Shown piece by piece: positions 24,390 to 36,173 of a stretch of DNA of 64,000 nucleotides (its first letter is position 1; the number at the start of each line of letters is the position of its first letter). Under the pieces are notes generated by a model. That model searched no databases. It saw only the letters and a list, made by a program, of their open reading frames with translations, and was not told where the DNA came from. Position numbers and translations under genes: made by a program. The stretch comes from Centroscyllium fabricii. Its lineage: Eukaryota. Location: positions 69,502,001 through 69,566,000 of the forward strand of contig JBNRSN020000020.1 of assembly GCA_051313645.2 (NCBI GenBank), written 5' to 3'.

Positions 24390-24870
24390 AAAGATGTAAT
24401 AGCTTTGGAGAGGGTGCAGAGGGGATTCACCAGGATGCTGCCTGGGCTGGGGAGCCTCAGCTATGAAGAGAGACTGGAGAGGCTGGGGTTGTTTTCCTTG
24501 GAGCAGAGGAGGCTGAGGGGGGACCTGATTGGGGTGTACAATATTATGAGGTGAATAGATAAGGTGGATGGAGTGGAACTTTTTCCCTTGGTTGAGGGGT
24601 CAATAACTAGGGGGCATAAATTTAGGGTAAGGGGCAGAAGGTATCGTGGGGATGTGAGGAAGAACTTTCTCACCCAAAGTGTGGTTGGAGGCGGGAACCC
24701 TCACAACATTCAAAAAGCATTTGGATGAGCACTTGAAATGCCACAGCATACAAGGCTACGGACCAAATGCAGGAAAATGGGACTAGTATGGACTGGGATT
24801 GATGGGCGGCACGGACGCGATGGGCCGAAGGGCCTCTTTCTGTGCTGTATTACTCTATGACTCTATGACT
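24390..24870 (+). mobile_element. CR1 3' fragment nested in the minus-strand CR1
   Basis: [35 protein letters not shown]; tail (ACTCTATG)n. Confidence 0.85.
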
Positions 24871-25044
24871 CACCATTTTAAAGCTACTCTGCTTTTCTAT
24901 TTTTCCTACCAAAGTGGATAACTTCACATTTCTCCACATTATATTCCATTTGCCATGTTCTTGCCCACTCACTTAGCCTGTCTATATCCCTTTGAAGCCT
25001 CCTTGCATCCTCCTCACAATTTACATTCCCACCCTGTTAACTCA

Positions 25045-25567
25045 CTCGCTGTGAGGAGGACCCACCCTAGCCTGGGGGGTCTGGGTTCTTACTTTAGGAG
25101 ACTAAACACGTCGGTCAGTCTGTCACTTTCTCAGTAATACACAAAGTCAGAGACTGTAAAATAATTAAAAGTTTATTGAAGTAATCCCAGTACTGGTACT
25201 TCACTCTGAGAGACCCCTTGTGTTTGCACACAAGCATAGCAACTCAGAAGTGCGCACCGCTCGCTCTGAGACTGCAATTATTTATACAATACATAAATGC
25301 AAAAACCTTGCAAAGAAAATTAAACGTACATGACATTCGGCGAATAATCAATTAAAACGAAAACAACCAGCAGAAAAAATAGAGACCGTAGAAACCCAAT
25401 TAAATGTCAACAACTTGTGTTGACTGCTCTTTTTCTTTGCAGCTGCAGTATTGTTATGAGAACGAGATCTCTAGACAGACTGTCTCTATATTTTACCTCT
25501 TTGCTTCTAAACTTTTAACCCATGTCAAACTATAGTAAAGCAATCGAGAATTAGCCAAAGTTTATCA
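25045..25567 (-). mobile_element. Solo LTR (523 bp)
   Basis: TG..CA ends, 4-bp TSD ACCC, CR1 sequence rejoins across it; minus-strand TATAAATA (about 25280) and AATAAA (about 25175). Confidence 0.7.
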
Positions 25568-25601
25568 ACCCAGCTTTGCATCATCAGCAACCTTGGATAT
25601 A

Positions 25602-25880
25602 CAGGTTGTGCACCGTTAATCTGTTACCCGATAAGCCGGCAGCTTGAGTCTTCCGGAACAAATTGCCCCGACTGTCCTGCGCATGTGCAAAATGGGCACC
25701 GTGATCGATGCTTTGGCGAATGATCTGCGCATGCGTCGCCGAACGGCGAGCGCATGTGCAGATCATTCAAAATGGCTGCCGGAAGAGAAGTGGTGCCTGC
25801 ACTCCCAGAATGCTGCGGGTGGGCGGGAGACGAAGATGGCACTGAGCGGCCGGCAGTGCGGACACGGAGCGGCTTCCTTG
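25602..25880. mobile_element. Partial Tigger-like MITE (subfamily of 41437-42056)
   Basis: TA-CAGGTTGTGCACCGTTAATCTGTTA matches the end of the 41437-42056 element; other TIR not found. Confidence 0.6.
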
Positions 25881-26602
25881 TAAAAGCTGGGCTGAAACCG
25901 GTGGATGAACAGGCCTGCTCCCTCTATGTGCGCGAGGAGTGAGAAGCTCCGCGGACTCTCACTGCTGTTCCTGTCTCCACCATCTGCTGATGCTCACTTG
26001 TGAGCTGTGATACACCAGGTGACAACACTACTCTATGTTGCGAAGGTCGCACCGAGGTGTGCATTGCTGCACTGGTGTTGGGTCTGCTTAATTCTGCTAA
26101 CGCTGCACCTTCCAAGGTTGCAGCTTCCTCTGAGGAGTCTTCAGGCTCTTCATCCTGGACAGTGGGGAGGGGGGCTCTCGATGGTCTTGTGGGGGAGTAA
26201 AGGTATGAATTAGACATATGATATTAACGTAGCATGCACATCGACTTGTGCAGATGATCATAAGTCGAATCTGTATGAGCATCAGATGCCATATCAGTCA
26301 CTCATGCAATGTACATGAGAGAGATGCAAATCCATTCTGTCACCAGCTTGCTCTGCTGCGCCCGTCTATCCATCCCCCACTTCCAGATCCTCATCTCCTC
26401 CGATTATTTCGAGGGCAGCCCCCTCAGCGTTGGTCAAATGGGCAATTGAAGGTGGCCCCCCTCCTGTCCTAGCCCTCTCCCACTTATTGTGGGCTCTCTT
26501 TTCCTGTAATGAGGGACACAAGTGGAGTTTGAGTGAGTATGATGGAGTGAGTGTAGAGAAGCCATAATATATATGCTTCGAAGGAGATAAAGAATGGATT
26601 GA

Positions 26603-27010
26603 GGGGCGGCGCGGTGGCATAGTGGTTAGCACTGTTGCCTCACAGCACTGGAGACCCGGGTTCAAATCCAGCCTCGGGTACTATCTGTGTGGAGTTTGCA
26701 CATTCGCTCCGTGTCTGCGTGGGTTTCCTCCGGGTGCTCCGGTTTCCACCCACAGTCCAAAGATGTGCGGGTTAGGTTGATTGGCCAGGATAAATTGATC
26801 CTTAGTGTTAGGGGGATTAAATATGTGGGGTTACGGGGATAGGGTGGGCTATGTGTCGGTGCAGGCTCGATAGGGATCGAGGGATATGGGGAGAGGGCAC
26901 GGGCAGGGTGTTGGGTTTGGATGATCAGCCATGATCTCATCGAATGGTGGAGCAGGCTCGAAGGGCCGAATCTCCTGCTCCTATCTTCTATGTTTCTATG
27001 CTTCTGTGTT
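26603..27010 (+). mobile_element. HE1-like V-SINE
   Basis: tRNA head, V-domain, CR1 tail (TATGTTTC)n. Confidence 0.88.
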
Positions 27011-30000
27011 TCTAATACCAAGGGCCCTGTTAGTTGTTGGCATTGCATAACAGTGATAGGGAGTGTGAGGGCAGCATAGTCAAATAGTGAAGTGATTCTG
27101 TGTAGCGTAGTCGCTAACTCAATTAAAAGGCGACTCGTAAGTACCGAAAATACAAGGCTTTTAATTGATAAAGAATGTAGCTAGTCTCCTTACAAGTTCA
27201 CATACAAGAATGAAGGGGCTGGGTCTGGCCACACCTTATATCGGTGTCCCCACCTGGGGAGGAGTCGAGGGTGTGGCTGACCTGGCTCCCAGCAGTACAA
27301 TGGCACTTATACAATGGTAGCCATATAAGGCAATGGTAACCATATAAGGGTTACCACATTCACCCCTTCTTAAAAACTTTGAGTCCGGGGGAGGGTGAAT
27401 GTACGGAACAGTTCATAATCAGTCTCTCCGGCGGTCGCGTTTGCCTTGCGGACCGCCGGGGTGCCGGTGTTGGTGGTGATGCCTCCATAGTCGAATAGCC
27501 CACCTCCGTTGGTGCTGTAAGTTCTGGACGTGGTGGGTTCTGCTGGACCTCGTCGTCTGGTGCATCGGCGGGGAAACTCGGGGCCCAACTTGTGTCTGGT
27601 GGTAGGTCGACCTGCTGGCCAGCAGGAGGCGCTGTGGCGGTGTTTCCTGCCGGGGCCAGGTCCCTGATGGATACGGTGTCCTCACGCCCGTCTGGGAACT
27701 GCACAAAGGCATAGTGCGGGTTGGCGTGTAGGAGCTGTACCTTGTCCACCAGGGGGTCCGTCTTGTGGCACCGAACGTGCCGCTTAAGGAAAACCGGCCC
27801 CGGAGTCGTCAGCCATGGTGGGAGCGCCGTCCCCGAAGTTGACTTCCTGTTGAAGGAAAAAACAAGATCGTGCGGGGTGGCATTAGTAGCAGTACATAAT
27901 AATGACCTGATAGAGTGCAGCGCGTCTGGGAGGACTGCCTGCCAATGGGACACTGAAAGGCCTCTGGACTTGAGAGCCAGGGTGACCGCCTTCCAAATGA
28001 TCCCATTCTCCCTTTCTACCTGGCCGTTCCCCCGGGGGTTATAACTGGTCGTCCTGCTTGTGGCAACCCCTTTCTGGAGCAGAAACTGGCGCAGTTCATC
28101 GCTCATGAACGATGACCCCCGGTCGCTATGGATGTAGCTGGGGAGACCGAAGATGGCGAACAGCGTGGTGAAGTGTTTGTTTACCGTTGTGCTCGTCATA
28201 TCTGGGCAGGGGAAGGCGAAGGGGAAGCGGGAGAACTCATCCACTACCGTGAGGAAGTATAAGTTGCGGTCGGTGGAGGGGAGGGGGCCTTTGAAGTCCA
28301 CGCTGAGACGTTCAAAGGGGCGGGTGGCCTTAATGATGTGCGCCGTGTCTGGCCGGAAAAAGTGGGGTTTGCACTCGGCGCAGACAGGGCAATCTCGGGT
28401 CATCTCCTTGATCTCCGTGATGGAGTAGGGGAGGCTACGTGATTTGACGAAATGGGCTAATCTGGTGACACCCGGGTGACAGAGGCGGTCGTGGAGATCC
28501 TTCAGCCGGTCTAGCTGGGCACTGGCGCACGTTCCCCTGGACAGTGCGTCCGGGGGTTCGTTGAGTTTGCCTGGTCGGTAAAGAATGTCGTACTCGTAAG
28601 TCGAGAGTTCGATCCGCCACCGCATGATCTTATCATTCTTGATTTTACCCCGTAGTTTATTATTAAACATAAACACCACCGGTCGGTGAGCAGGGTAAAA
28701 CGCTTACCGGCCAGGTAATGACGCCAGTAGCGCACGGCCTCCACGATGGCCTGGGCCTCCTTTTCCACTGCAGAGTGGCGAGTTTCGGGTCCCTGTAAGG
28801 TGCGGGAGAAAAACACTACGGGCCTGCCTGCCTGATTCAGGGTGGCAGCAAGAGCAAAGTCCGAAGTGTCACTCTCCACCTGGAAAGGGATGGATTCATC
28901 AACAGCGAGCATGGTCGCCTTGATGATATCTTCCTTTATCTTTTCGAATGCCTTTTGGGCTTCTATAGAAAGGGGGAAGAGTGCAGCCTTGAGGAGTGGT
29001 CTAGCCTTATCTGCGAACTGTGGGACCCATTGTGCATAGTAGGAGAAAAATCCTAGACATCTCCTCAAGGCTTTGGGGTTGTGAGGTAAGGGCAGTTCTA
29101 GCAGGGGTCGCATACGCTGTGGGTCGGGGCCGAGGAGCCCGTTCTCCACCACGTATCCGAGGATGGCGAGCCGGGTTGTATTAAAGACACACTTGTCTTT
29201 GTTATACGTAAGGTCCAGCTTAGCCGCCGTGGTGAGGAATTTGGCCAGATTGGCATCGTGGTCCTGCTGGTCGTGGCCGCAGATGGTCACGTTGTCCAGG
29301 TAGGGGAAGGTGGCCTGCAAGTCATTCTGGTCAACCATACGGTCCATCTCCCGCTGGAACACGGACACTCCGTTGGTCACGCCAAAGGGGACCCGGAGAA
29401 AGTGGTAGAGCCGACCGTTCGCCTCGAAGGCGGTGTAGGGGCGGTCGGCTTTCCGAATCGGGAGCTGATGATACGCCGACTTAAGGTCGATTGTGGAGAA
29501 CACCTTGTACTGGGCGATCTGGTTGACCATTTCTGAGATGCGGGGAAGGGGGTAGGCGTCGAGCCCGGTGTAGCGGTTGATAGTCTGGCTATAGTCGATC
29601 ACTAGCCGTTGTTTCTCACCAGACGTCACCACTACAACTTGGGCGCGCCAGGGGCTGGTGCTGGCTTCGATAATCCCCTCCTTCAGCATCCGCCCGACCT
29701 CCGACCTGATAAACGTGCGACCCCCCTCACTGTACCGCCGACTGGTTTGCACTTTGGGTCGAGGTTGGCGAACAGCGAGAGGGGGTCGATTTTCAGGGTG
29801 GAGAGGCCGCAGGCCGGGGTCCGCTTCGGGGGGAGATTGTCCCGGCTACTGAGGGTGAGGGGGGGTAAAGTCCCGCCGAACTCCATGGTCACGCTCTTGA
29901 AGTGGCACTGGAAATCCAAGCCTAGTAAGGCTGGGGCACACAACTTTTTGAGGGTATAGAATTTAAAATTGCGGTACACGCGTCCCTGGACGGTGAGCGT

Positions 30001-30249
30001 GACGGAGCAGTAGCCGGTGACGTCCGCGGTGTGGGACTGTGAAGCTAGGGACACTTGGTAGTTGGTGGGCAGGACCTGCAGCCCGAAACGCCGCACTCTA
30101 TCAGGGTCAATGAAACTCTCGGTACTGCCCGTGTCGAGGAGGCAGTCGACGGTATGGTTATTAATCCTAATACATATTAATGAATTAGACAAGTGATGGG
30201 GCTTGCTTTGGCTGACTGTAGTTGTAGCAGCCCCTGCTGATGGGGGCTG

Positions 30250-30770
30250 TGCACAAAATGGCGCCGCCCTTGACTCGCACATGGAGGGGCCCTGGATACA
30301 AAATGGTGCCGCCCCTGGCTCGCACATGGAGGGGCCCTGGGTACAAAATGGCGCCGCCCTTGACTCGCACATGGAGGGGCCCTGGGTACAAAATGGCGCC
30401 GCCCTTGACTCGCACATGGAGGGGCCCTGGGTACAAAATGGCGCCGCCCTTGGCTCGCACATGGAGGAGCCCTGGGCGCAAGATGGCGTCTTGCGTGGTT
30501 CGCACATGGAGGGGCCTGGGTTGCGGGGTAGCATTACTGCGAGGCCCTGATGCGTTGGCGGTGCCCGTGATTTGCACGCAGTGAACCGCGGTGAACGCGC
30601 TGGCGGTGCCCGTGATTCACATGCAGCTAACTGCGGTGAACGCGCTGGCGGTGCCCGTGATTCGCACGCAGCGAACCGCGGTGAACGCGCTGGCGGCGCC
30701 CGTGATTCGCATGCAGTGAACAGCGGTGAACGCGCTGGCGGCGCCCGTGATTCGCACGCAGCCGGCCGCG
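30250..30770 (-). repeat. Two in-frame 45-bp tandem arrays in the gag-protease spacer of B
   Basis: ACESRAPPARSPxF-type and MCESRAAPFCTQGPS-type 15-aa units. Confidence 0.9.
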
Positions 30771-31660
30771 TTGTAAGCTCACGTTTGGCCGGTTGCCGCT
30801 GCATCGAGGCGGGGGGAGGGGGCGCTTGCCGTCGCTGAATAGTACTGCAAATGCAGCTTACCTGGTGATAGTTGCTCTCACAGGCTGCATTGTACCTTTT
30901 AGATGCTGTGGCTGGAGTGGCTCTGCAGGCTTTGGCGAAGTGTCCCTTCTTGGAGCATTTTTCGCAGGTCGCCGTCTTGGCTGGGCATTTTGCTCTGGGG
31001 TGCAATCCTTGGCCGCAGAAATAGCAGTGTTTGAGCTTAGTGTCCGTGGTGGCCGTCGCGGCCATCGTGGGGCTCTCAATCCGTGACGCCTGTTGTGGTG
31101 CGGCCCATATGTTGTAGACTTGATGGCTGGTACCACCGTACGTCTGCGATTTATTCCGGGCCCCTTCCACTGATTTGGCTGACGTGGTTGCCTCCTCAAG
31201 GGTCAGATTGTCCTTTTCCAGTAGCCACTGACGGGCTACTGCACATCTTAGTCCTGAGACATAGGCGTCCCGGAGGAGGATGTTTTCTTCCTGTGCCTTG
31301 GTCAATCCACCCGTGCAGCCACAGGCCCGTATCATGCCCCGGAGCGCTTGCTCAAACTGGTCGTTTGACTCACCGGGTAGTTGAGATCGGGTCGCTAGTA
31401 GGTGGCGGGCGTAGACAGAGTGGACCGGGCGCTCATAGTACTGTTTGAGGGTCATCACCGTTTCCTCGTAGGTTATAAGGTCCTCGACAAGGGTGAAAAC
31501 CCTGCTGGAGACCTTGGATAGCAGGAGTTGGAGTTTGTCCTCGTCCGTGGTAGCCTTGGCTGCTGCCATATAGGCCTTTAGTAATCCAAACCAGTGCTTG
31601 AAGGTAGCTGGTGCCGCGTCATCCTGGGGGCTAATGTCCAGCTCCCTAGGTTTTAACTTG

Positions 31661-34600
31661 TGATACCATCAATTACTCGAGTCTGAGAGCGAGTTAACAT
31701 AGGCTTTAATAAACTTAGAACAAGCGTAAGGGATCACAGGTATCGTTAGTACAGTACAGTAGAGAGGAGGTCAGAACCCACGAGTGCTGACCTTTATACC
31801 CCCAGGGTCAGAGGCGTGGCCTACCCGAGGTCCTCCAGGTACAGGTCTCCCAAGTCTGGCTGGGCAAGAGTAGACACGCCCTAAGGCATGTACATACACA
31901 TAGTTGGTGTTATAGCCAATATCACCACATTCACCCCCTGTTAAAGAATTTCAGTACCAGGGGGGGCACAAACAATACCTAACATATGTACAGACAGTAT
32001 TTACAAAGGTTCCGAGATGTTCCAAAAAAATTGTGGCCGCCTGTTCATGCCAGGTCACATTGTGCAGACCAGGCGGTCTGGCTGGCGTCGCACCCTCGAC
32101 GACCGTCTGAGCTGCTGGTCCTGCCGTTCGGTATCGGTACCTGGGGAAGCCGAAGGAATATACGTTAGCAGCGCATCACCAGGGAATACGGCGGTATGGG
32201 TCGGTGGGGGGCTGGGCACGGGCTGCGATGTGGTAGGTGCCGGCTGGGCCCACGACGAGAGGAAGGGGGGTGGGGGCGGAGTTGTGGTCGCAGGGGCGCC
32301 TGCGGGCGCCAGGTCTTTAATAGAGACTGTGTCCTTCCTGCCATCAGGGAACTCCACATAGGCGTACTGCGGGTTAGCATGGAGGAGGAGTACCCTGTCG
32401 ACCAGTGGGTCGGTCTTATAATGCCGTACATGGCGCCGCAACAGTACTGGGCCCGGGGAGGCTAGCCACGACGGCAGCGACATCCCCGAGATGGACTTCC
32501 TGGGGAAGGAAAACATCCGTTCGTGCGGCGTTGCGTTGGTCGCTGTACAAAGAAGCGACCGTACGGCGTGTAGAGCGTCCGAGAGAACCGCCTGCCAGCG
32601 TGAGGCTGGAAGGCCCCTGGACCTGAGTGCCAGGCGGACCGCCTTCCAGACAGTGCCATTCTCGCGCTCTACTTGGCCATTGCCCCGGGGGTTGTAGCTC
32701 GTTGTCCTGCTCGACGAGATTCCTCTCGCGAGTAGGAACTGGCGCAGTTCGTCGCTCATAAAAGCAGACCCCCGGTCAGAGTGTATGAATGAGGGGAAGC
32801 CGAATATTGCGAATATCGGGGCGAGGGCGTTGATGACTGTGGCAGCAGTCATATCAGTGCAGGGTATCGCAAATGGGAAACGGGAGTATTCGTCCACGAC
32901 TGTGAGGAAGTAGACATTCCTGTCGGTGGACGGGAGTGGGCCCTTAAAATCGATACTAAGGCGTTCGAAGGGCCGAGAGGACTTAATCAGGTGTGCCTTG
33001 TCCGGTCGGAAAAACTGCGGCTTGCATTCCGCACAGACCGGACAATCCCTGACTATCTCCCTAACCTCCGCAATACTATACGGTAGATTGCGGGCTTTGA
33101 TAAAATGATAGAAGCGGGTGACCCCCGGGTGGCAGAGGTTATTATGCAGAGCCTGTAGTCTGCCCGCCTGCACGCTGGCGCAGGTCCCACGGGGCAGTGC
33201 ATCGGACGGCTCGTTGAGTCTACCTGGCCTGTACAAAATATCATAATTAAAGGTGGACAATTCGATCCTCCACCTCAAGATCTTATCGTTCTTAATTTTT
33301 CCCCGCTGTGTGTTACTAAACATAAATGCTACCGACCTCTGATCGGTGAGCAGGGTAAATTTTCTACCGGCCAGGTAGTGTCTCCAGTGGCGCACCGCTT
33401 CGATAATGGCTTGGGCCTCTTTTTCCACGGAGGAATGCCGTGCTTCCGAGCCCGAGAGGGTACGGGAAAAGAAGGCAACGGGTCTGCCTGCTTGGTTCAG
33501 GGTCGCCGCCAGGGCGAAGTCGGACGCGTCGCTCTCCACTTGGAAAGGCACGTCCTCATCAATGGCGGACATTGCAGCTTTTACTATATCGGCTTTAAGT
33601 TGCTTAAAAGCCGTTAGTGCCGCTGCCGACAGGGGAAAAACAGTGGCCCGCATCAGAGGCCGGGCTTTGTCCGCAAATTTCGGGACCCACTGCGCGTAAT
33701 ACGCGAACAGCCCCATGCACCGCTTTAGAGCTTTGGGTGTCTTGGGAAGGGGATACTCAATCAGCGGGCGCATTCGGTCAGGGTCCGGGCCGATTAGCCC
33801 GTTTTCCACCACACAGCCCAAAATAGCCAGGCGTCTGGTGCGGAAAACACATTTTTCTTTGTTGTAGGTCAAATTCAGGGATTTGGCTGTTTTCAAAAAT
33901 TTAGCGAGGTTCTCGTCGTGGTCCTCGTCCGAGTGGCCGCAGATAGTGACGTTATCTAGATAGGGAAAAGTGGCCCTGAGCCCGTGTTCGTCTACCATTC
34001 TATCCATTTCCCTCTGGAAGACGGACACTCCGTTCGTCACTCCGAAGGGAACCCGAAGGAACTGGTAGAGGCGACCATCCGCTTCGAAAGCGGTGTAGGG
34101 GCGCTCCTCTCTGAGGATTGGGACCTGGTGATATGCCGCTTTAAGGTCTATAGTCGAATAGACTTTGTATTGGGCAATTTCATTTACCATGTCCGAGATC
34201 CGGGGAAGGGGGTACGCATCGAGGAGTGTAAACCGGTTTATGGTCTGACTGTAGTCGACCACCATCCTGTTCTTCTCCCCCGTCTTTACCACTACTACTT
34301 GGGCCCTCCAGGGGCTGCGGCTGGCTTCAATCACCCCCTCTGCCAACAGTCGCTTCACCTCGGTGCCAATAAACGCCCGGTCTGCAGCACTATACCGCCT
34401 GCTCTTTGAGGCAATCGGTGCGCAGTCCGGCGTGAGGTTCGCGAACAGTTTCGGGGGTGAGATCCGTAAAGTGGTGAGCCCACAAAGCGGGCGCTCACGG
34501 GGGGTACTCGACTCGACCGTCAGGGGTGGGAGAGGGCCGCCGTATGCCAAAGTGACACTCTGCAGGTGGCTCTGGAAATCGAGCCCCAATAACATTGGCG

Positions 34601-36173
34601 CGCACAAGTGGGGTAACACAAACAGTTTAAAATTACAGTATTTTACCCCGCGAACTACAAGTGATACTACGCAACACCCCACGGCCTGCGCCGATTCTGA
34701 GTCCGCCGCCAAGGCAATGCGTTTTAAACAGGGGCGGATCGACAGGTGAAGACGGTCAACAGTCTCGGGGGAAATAAAACTATCAGTACTACCCGTATCA
34801 AATAAACAGTTACAGTTTTGTCCGTTTACCTGGACGTCCATCATTGATTTCTGCAGTTCATGGGGTTTTGATTGGTCCAAAGTGATGGACGCCAGCACGG
34901 TTGATGAGTCGTCTTCATCCGAATATTCGGGGTCGGAGTCAAGTCGAAGACTCTCAAAATGGCCGCTGCCTCGTGGTGATGAACTAAAATGGCCGCTCCT
35001 CCTAGCTGTGGCCTCAAGATGGCCGCCGCCTCGTGGTGCTCCCTCGCGGTCATCTACCTCCGTGTAGTAGGAACGTGGTGCCGCTCTCGCTCCGCTGCAG
35101 ATGGGGGCTGCCTTCTTTTTCTGCCCTGTTGCGCGGCACATCGCGGCATAGTGCCCCTTCTTTCCACACCCCGAGCACGTAGCATCTTTGGCTGGGCAGC
35201 GCAGTCTAGAGTGCCTAGCTTTTCCGCAAAAGAAACACTTTTGGTTGGTTTCAGGCCTGCTTCTTCCTGCCGCTGCCGTTAGCGCTGGGGTAGGAGTTGG
35301 GGCTGGGGATGCCCACGTAGGCGCGCTTGGTTGGCCATACGTGGTGGATCTCCGATCTGCATTGTCCAGATTTACAATCAGGGAGGCTGCTTCTTTTAAC
35401 GTTAGCTCATCCCGTTCTAGCAGTCGGGCCCTGATATATGGGGAGTATACCCCTCTTACCAGAGCGTCCAGTGCCAGTTCGTTGTAGTGTTCGTCCGCCG
35501 TCAGGGGGCCAGGGGCGCAATCTCGGGTCAGCGCACAAATTTCTTTCACGAATTTGGCGCCCGGTTCCTCGGCGCTCTGGGCTCTCTGAGTCAACACGTG
35601 CCTTGAGTGAACAGCGTTGGCTGCTGGCACAAATTGTTCTTTCAGTTTCTTCATGGCCTGTTCGTAATCCGACTCCCCTTCGATGAGGTGGTAATGGTCA
35701 GCACTGATTCTGCAGTGTAGAATTCGGCTCTTCTGCTGATCAGTTGAAGCAGTCTCTTTCACTTCGTCGATATAGCTCCTCAGCTGCTGTTCCCAGTGTT
35801 TATACCGGCGTTCGGCATCGGGAGCAGTCGCATCAATTTCCAAGATCGGGACAGCCAGAATTCGGTCCATTTTGGATTTTAGCGACGATCTAAGTTTATT
35901 AAATTGATACCATCAATTACTCGAGTCTGAGAGCGAGTTAACATAGGCTTTAATAAACTTAGAACAAGCGTAAGGGATCACAGGTATCGTTAGTACAGTA
36001 CAGTAGAGAGGAGGTCAGAACCCACGAGTGCTGACCTTTATACCCCCAGGGTCAGAGGCGTGGCCTACCCGAGGTCCTCCAGGTACAGGTCTCCCAAGTC
36101 TGGCTGGGCAAGAGTAGACACGCCCTAAGGCATGTACATACACATAGTTGGTGTTATAGCCAATATCACCACA
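31661..36173 (-). mobile_element. Ty3/Gypsy element family C, apparently intact, nested in the 5' end of B gag
   Basis: 269-bp LTRs 31661-31929 and 35905-36173 (no difference seen), TSD ACTTG, PPT AACAGGGGGTGAA. Confidence 0.97.
32055..35870 (-). CDS. Single-ORF Gag-PR-RT-RNaseH-IN polyprotein (1271 aa)
   Basis: Uninterrupted ORF: CFFCGKARH..CSGCGKKGHYAAMC, LFDTGS, YLDN, ESDASD, HNNLCHPG..CPVC, IDFKGP, HSDRG, GQVERE. Confidence 0.95.
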   Translation of the reverse strand: MDRILAVPILEIDATAPDAERRYKHWEQQLRSYIDEVKETASTDQQKSRILHCRISADHYHLIEGESDYEQAMKKLKEQFVPAANAVHSRHVLTQRAQSAEEPGAKFVKEICALTRDCAPGPLTADEHYNELALDALVRGVYSPYIRARLLERDELTLKEAASLIVNLDNADRRSTTYGQPSAPTWASPAPTPTPALTAAAGRSRPETNQKCFFCGKARHSRLRCPAKDATCSGCGKKGHYAAMCRATGQKKKAAPICSGARAAPRSYYTEVDDREGAPRGGGHLEATARRSGHFSSSPRGSGHFESLRLDSDPEYSDEDDSSTVLASITLDQSKPHELQKSMMDVQVNGQNCNCLFDTGSTDSFISPETVDRLHLSIRPCLKRIALAADSESAQAVGCCVVSLVVRGVKYCNFKLFVLPHLCAPMLLGLDFQSHLQSVTLAYGGPLPPLTVESSTPRERPLCGLTTLRISPPKLFANLTPDCAPIASKSRRYSAADRAFIGTEVKRLLAEGVIEASRSPWRAQVVVVKTGEKNRMVVDYSQTINRFTLLDAYPLPRISDMVNEIAQYKVYSTIDLKAAYHQVPILREERPYTAFEADGRLYQFLRVPFGVTNGVSVFQREMDRMVDEHGLRATFPYLDNVTICGHSDEDHDENLAKFLKTAKSLNLTYNKEKCVFRTRRLAILGCVVENGLIGPDPDRMRPLIEYPLPKTPKALKRCMGLFAYYAQWVPKFADKARPLMRATVFPLSAAALTAFKQLKADIVKAAMSAIDEDVPFQVESDASDFALAATLNQAGRPVAFFSRTLSGSEARHSSVEKEAQAIIEAVRHWRHYLAGRKFTLLTDQRSVAFMFSNTQRGKIKNDKILRWRIELSTFNYDILYRPGRLNEPSDALPRGTCASVQAGRLQALHNNLCHPGVTRFYHFIKARNLPYSIAEVREIVRDCPVCAECKPQFFRPDKAHLIKSSRPFERLSIDFKGPLPSTDRNVYFLTVVDEYSRFPFAIPCTDMTAATVINALAPIFAIFGFPSFIHSDRGSAFMSDELRQFLLARGISSSRTTSYNPRGNGQVERENGTVWKAVRLALRSRGLPASRWQAVLSDALHAVRSLLCTATNATPHERMFSFPRKSISGMSLPSWLASPGPVLLRRHVRHYKTDPLVDRVLLLHANPQYAYVEFPDGRKDTVSIKDLAPAGAPATTTPPPPPFLSSWAQPAPTTSQPVPSPPPTHTAVFPGDALLTYIPSASPGTDTERQDQQLRRSSRVRRQPDRLVCTM

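Larger units (their letters stand above)
23903..25600 (-). mobile_element. Degraded CR1 LINE, interrupted by another CR1 and a solo LTR
   Basis: ESRTRGHSLRI..FTQRVVNLWNSLP; CATCAGCAACCTTGG (reverse of a KFADD-like motif) near 25580. Confidence 0.75.

Noticed and set aside
26603-26680. tRNA genes
   Set aside because: A/B-box heads continue into V-domain and CR1 tail, so they are SINEs
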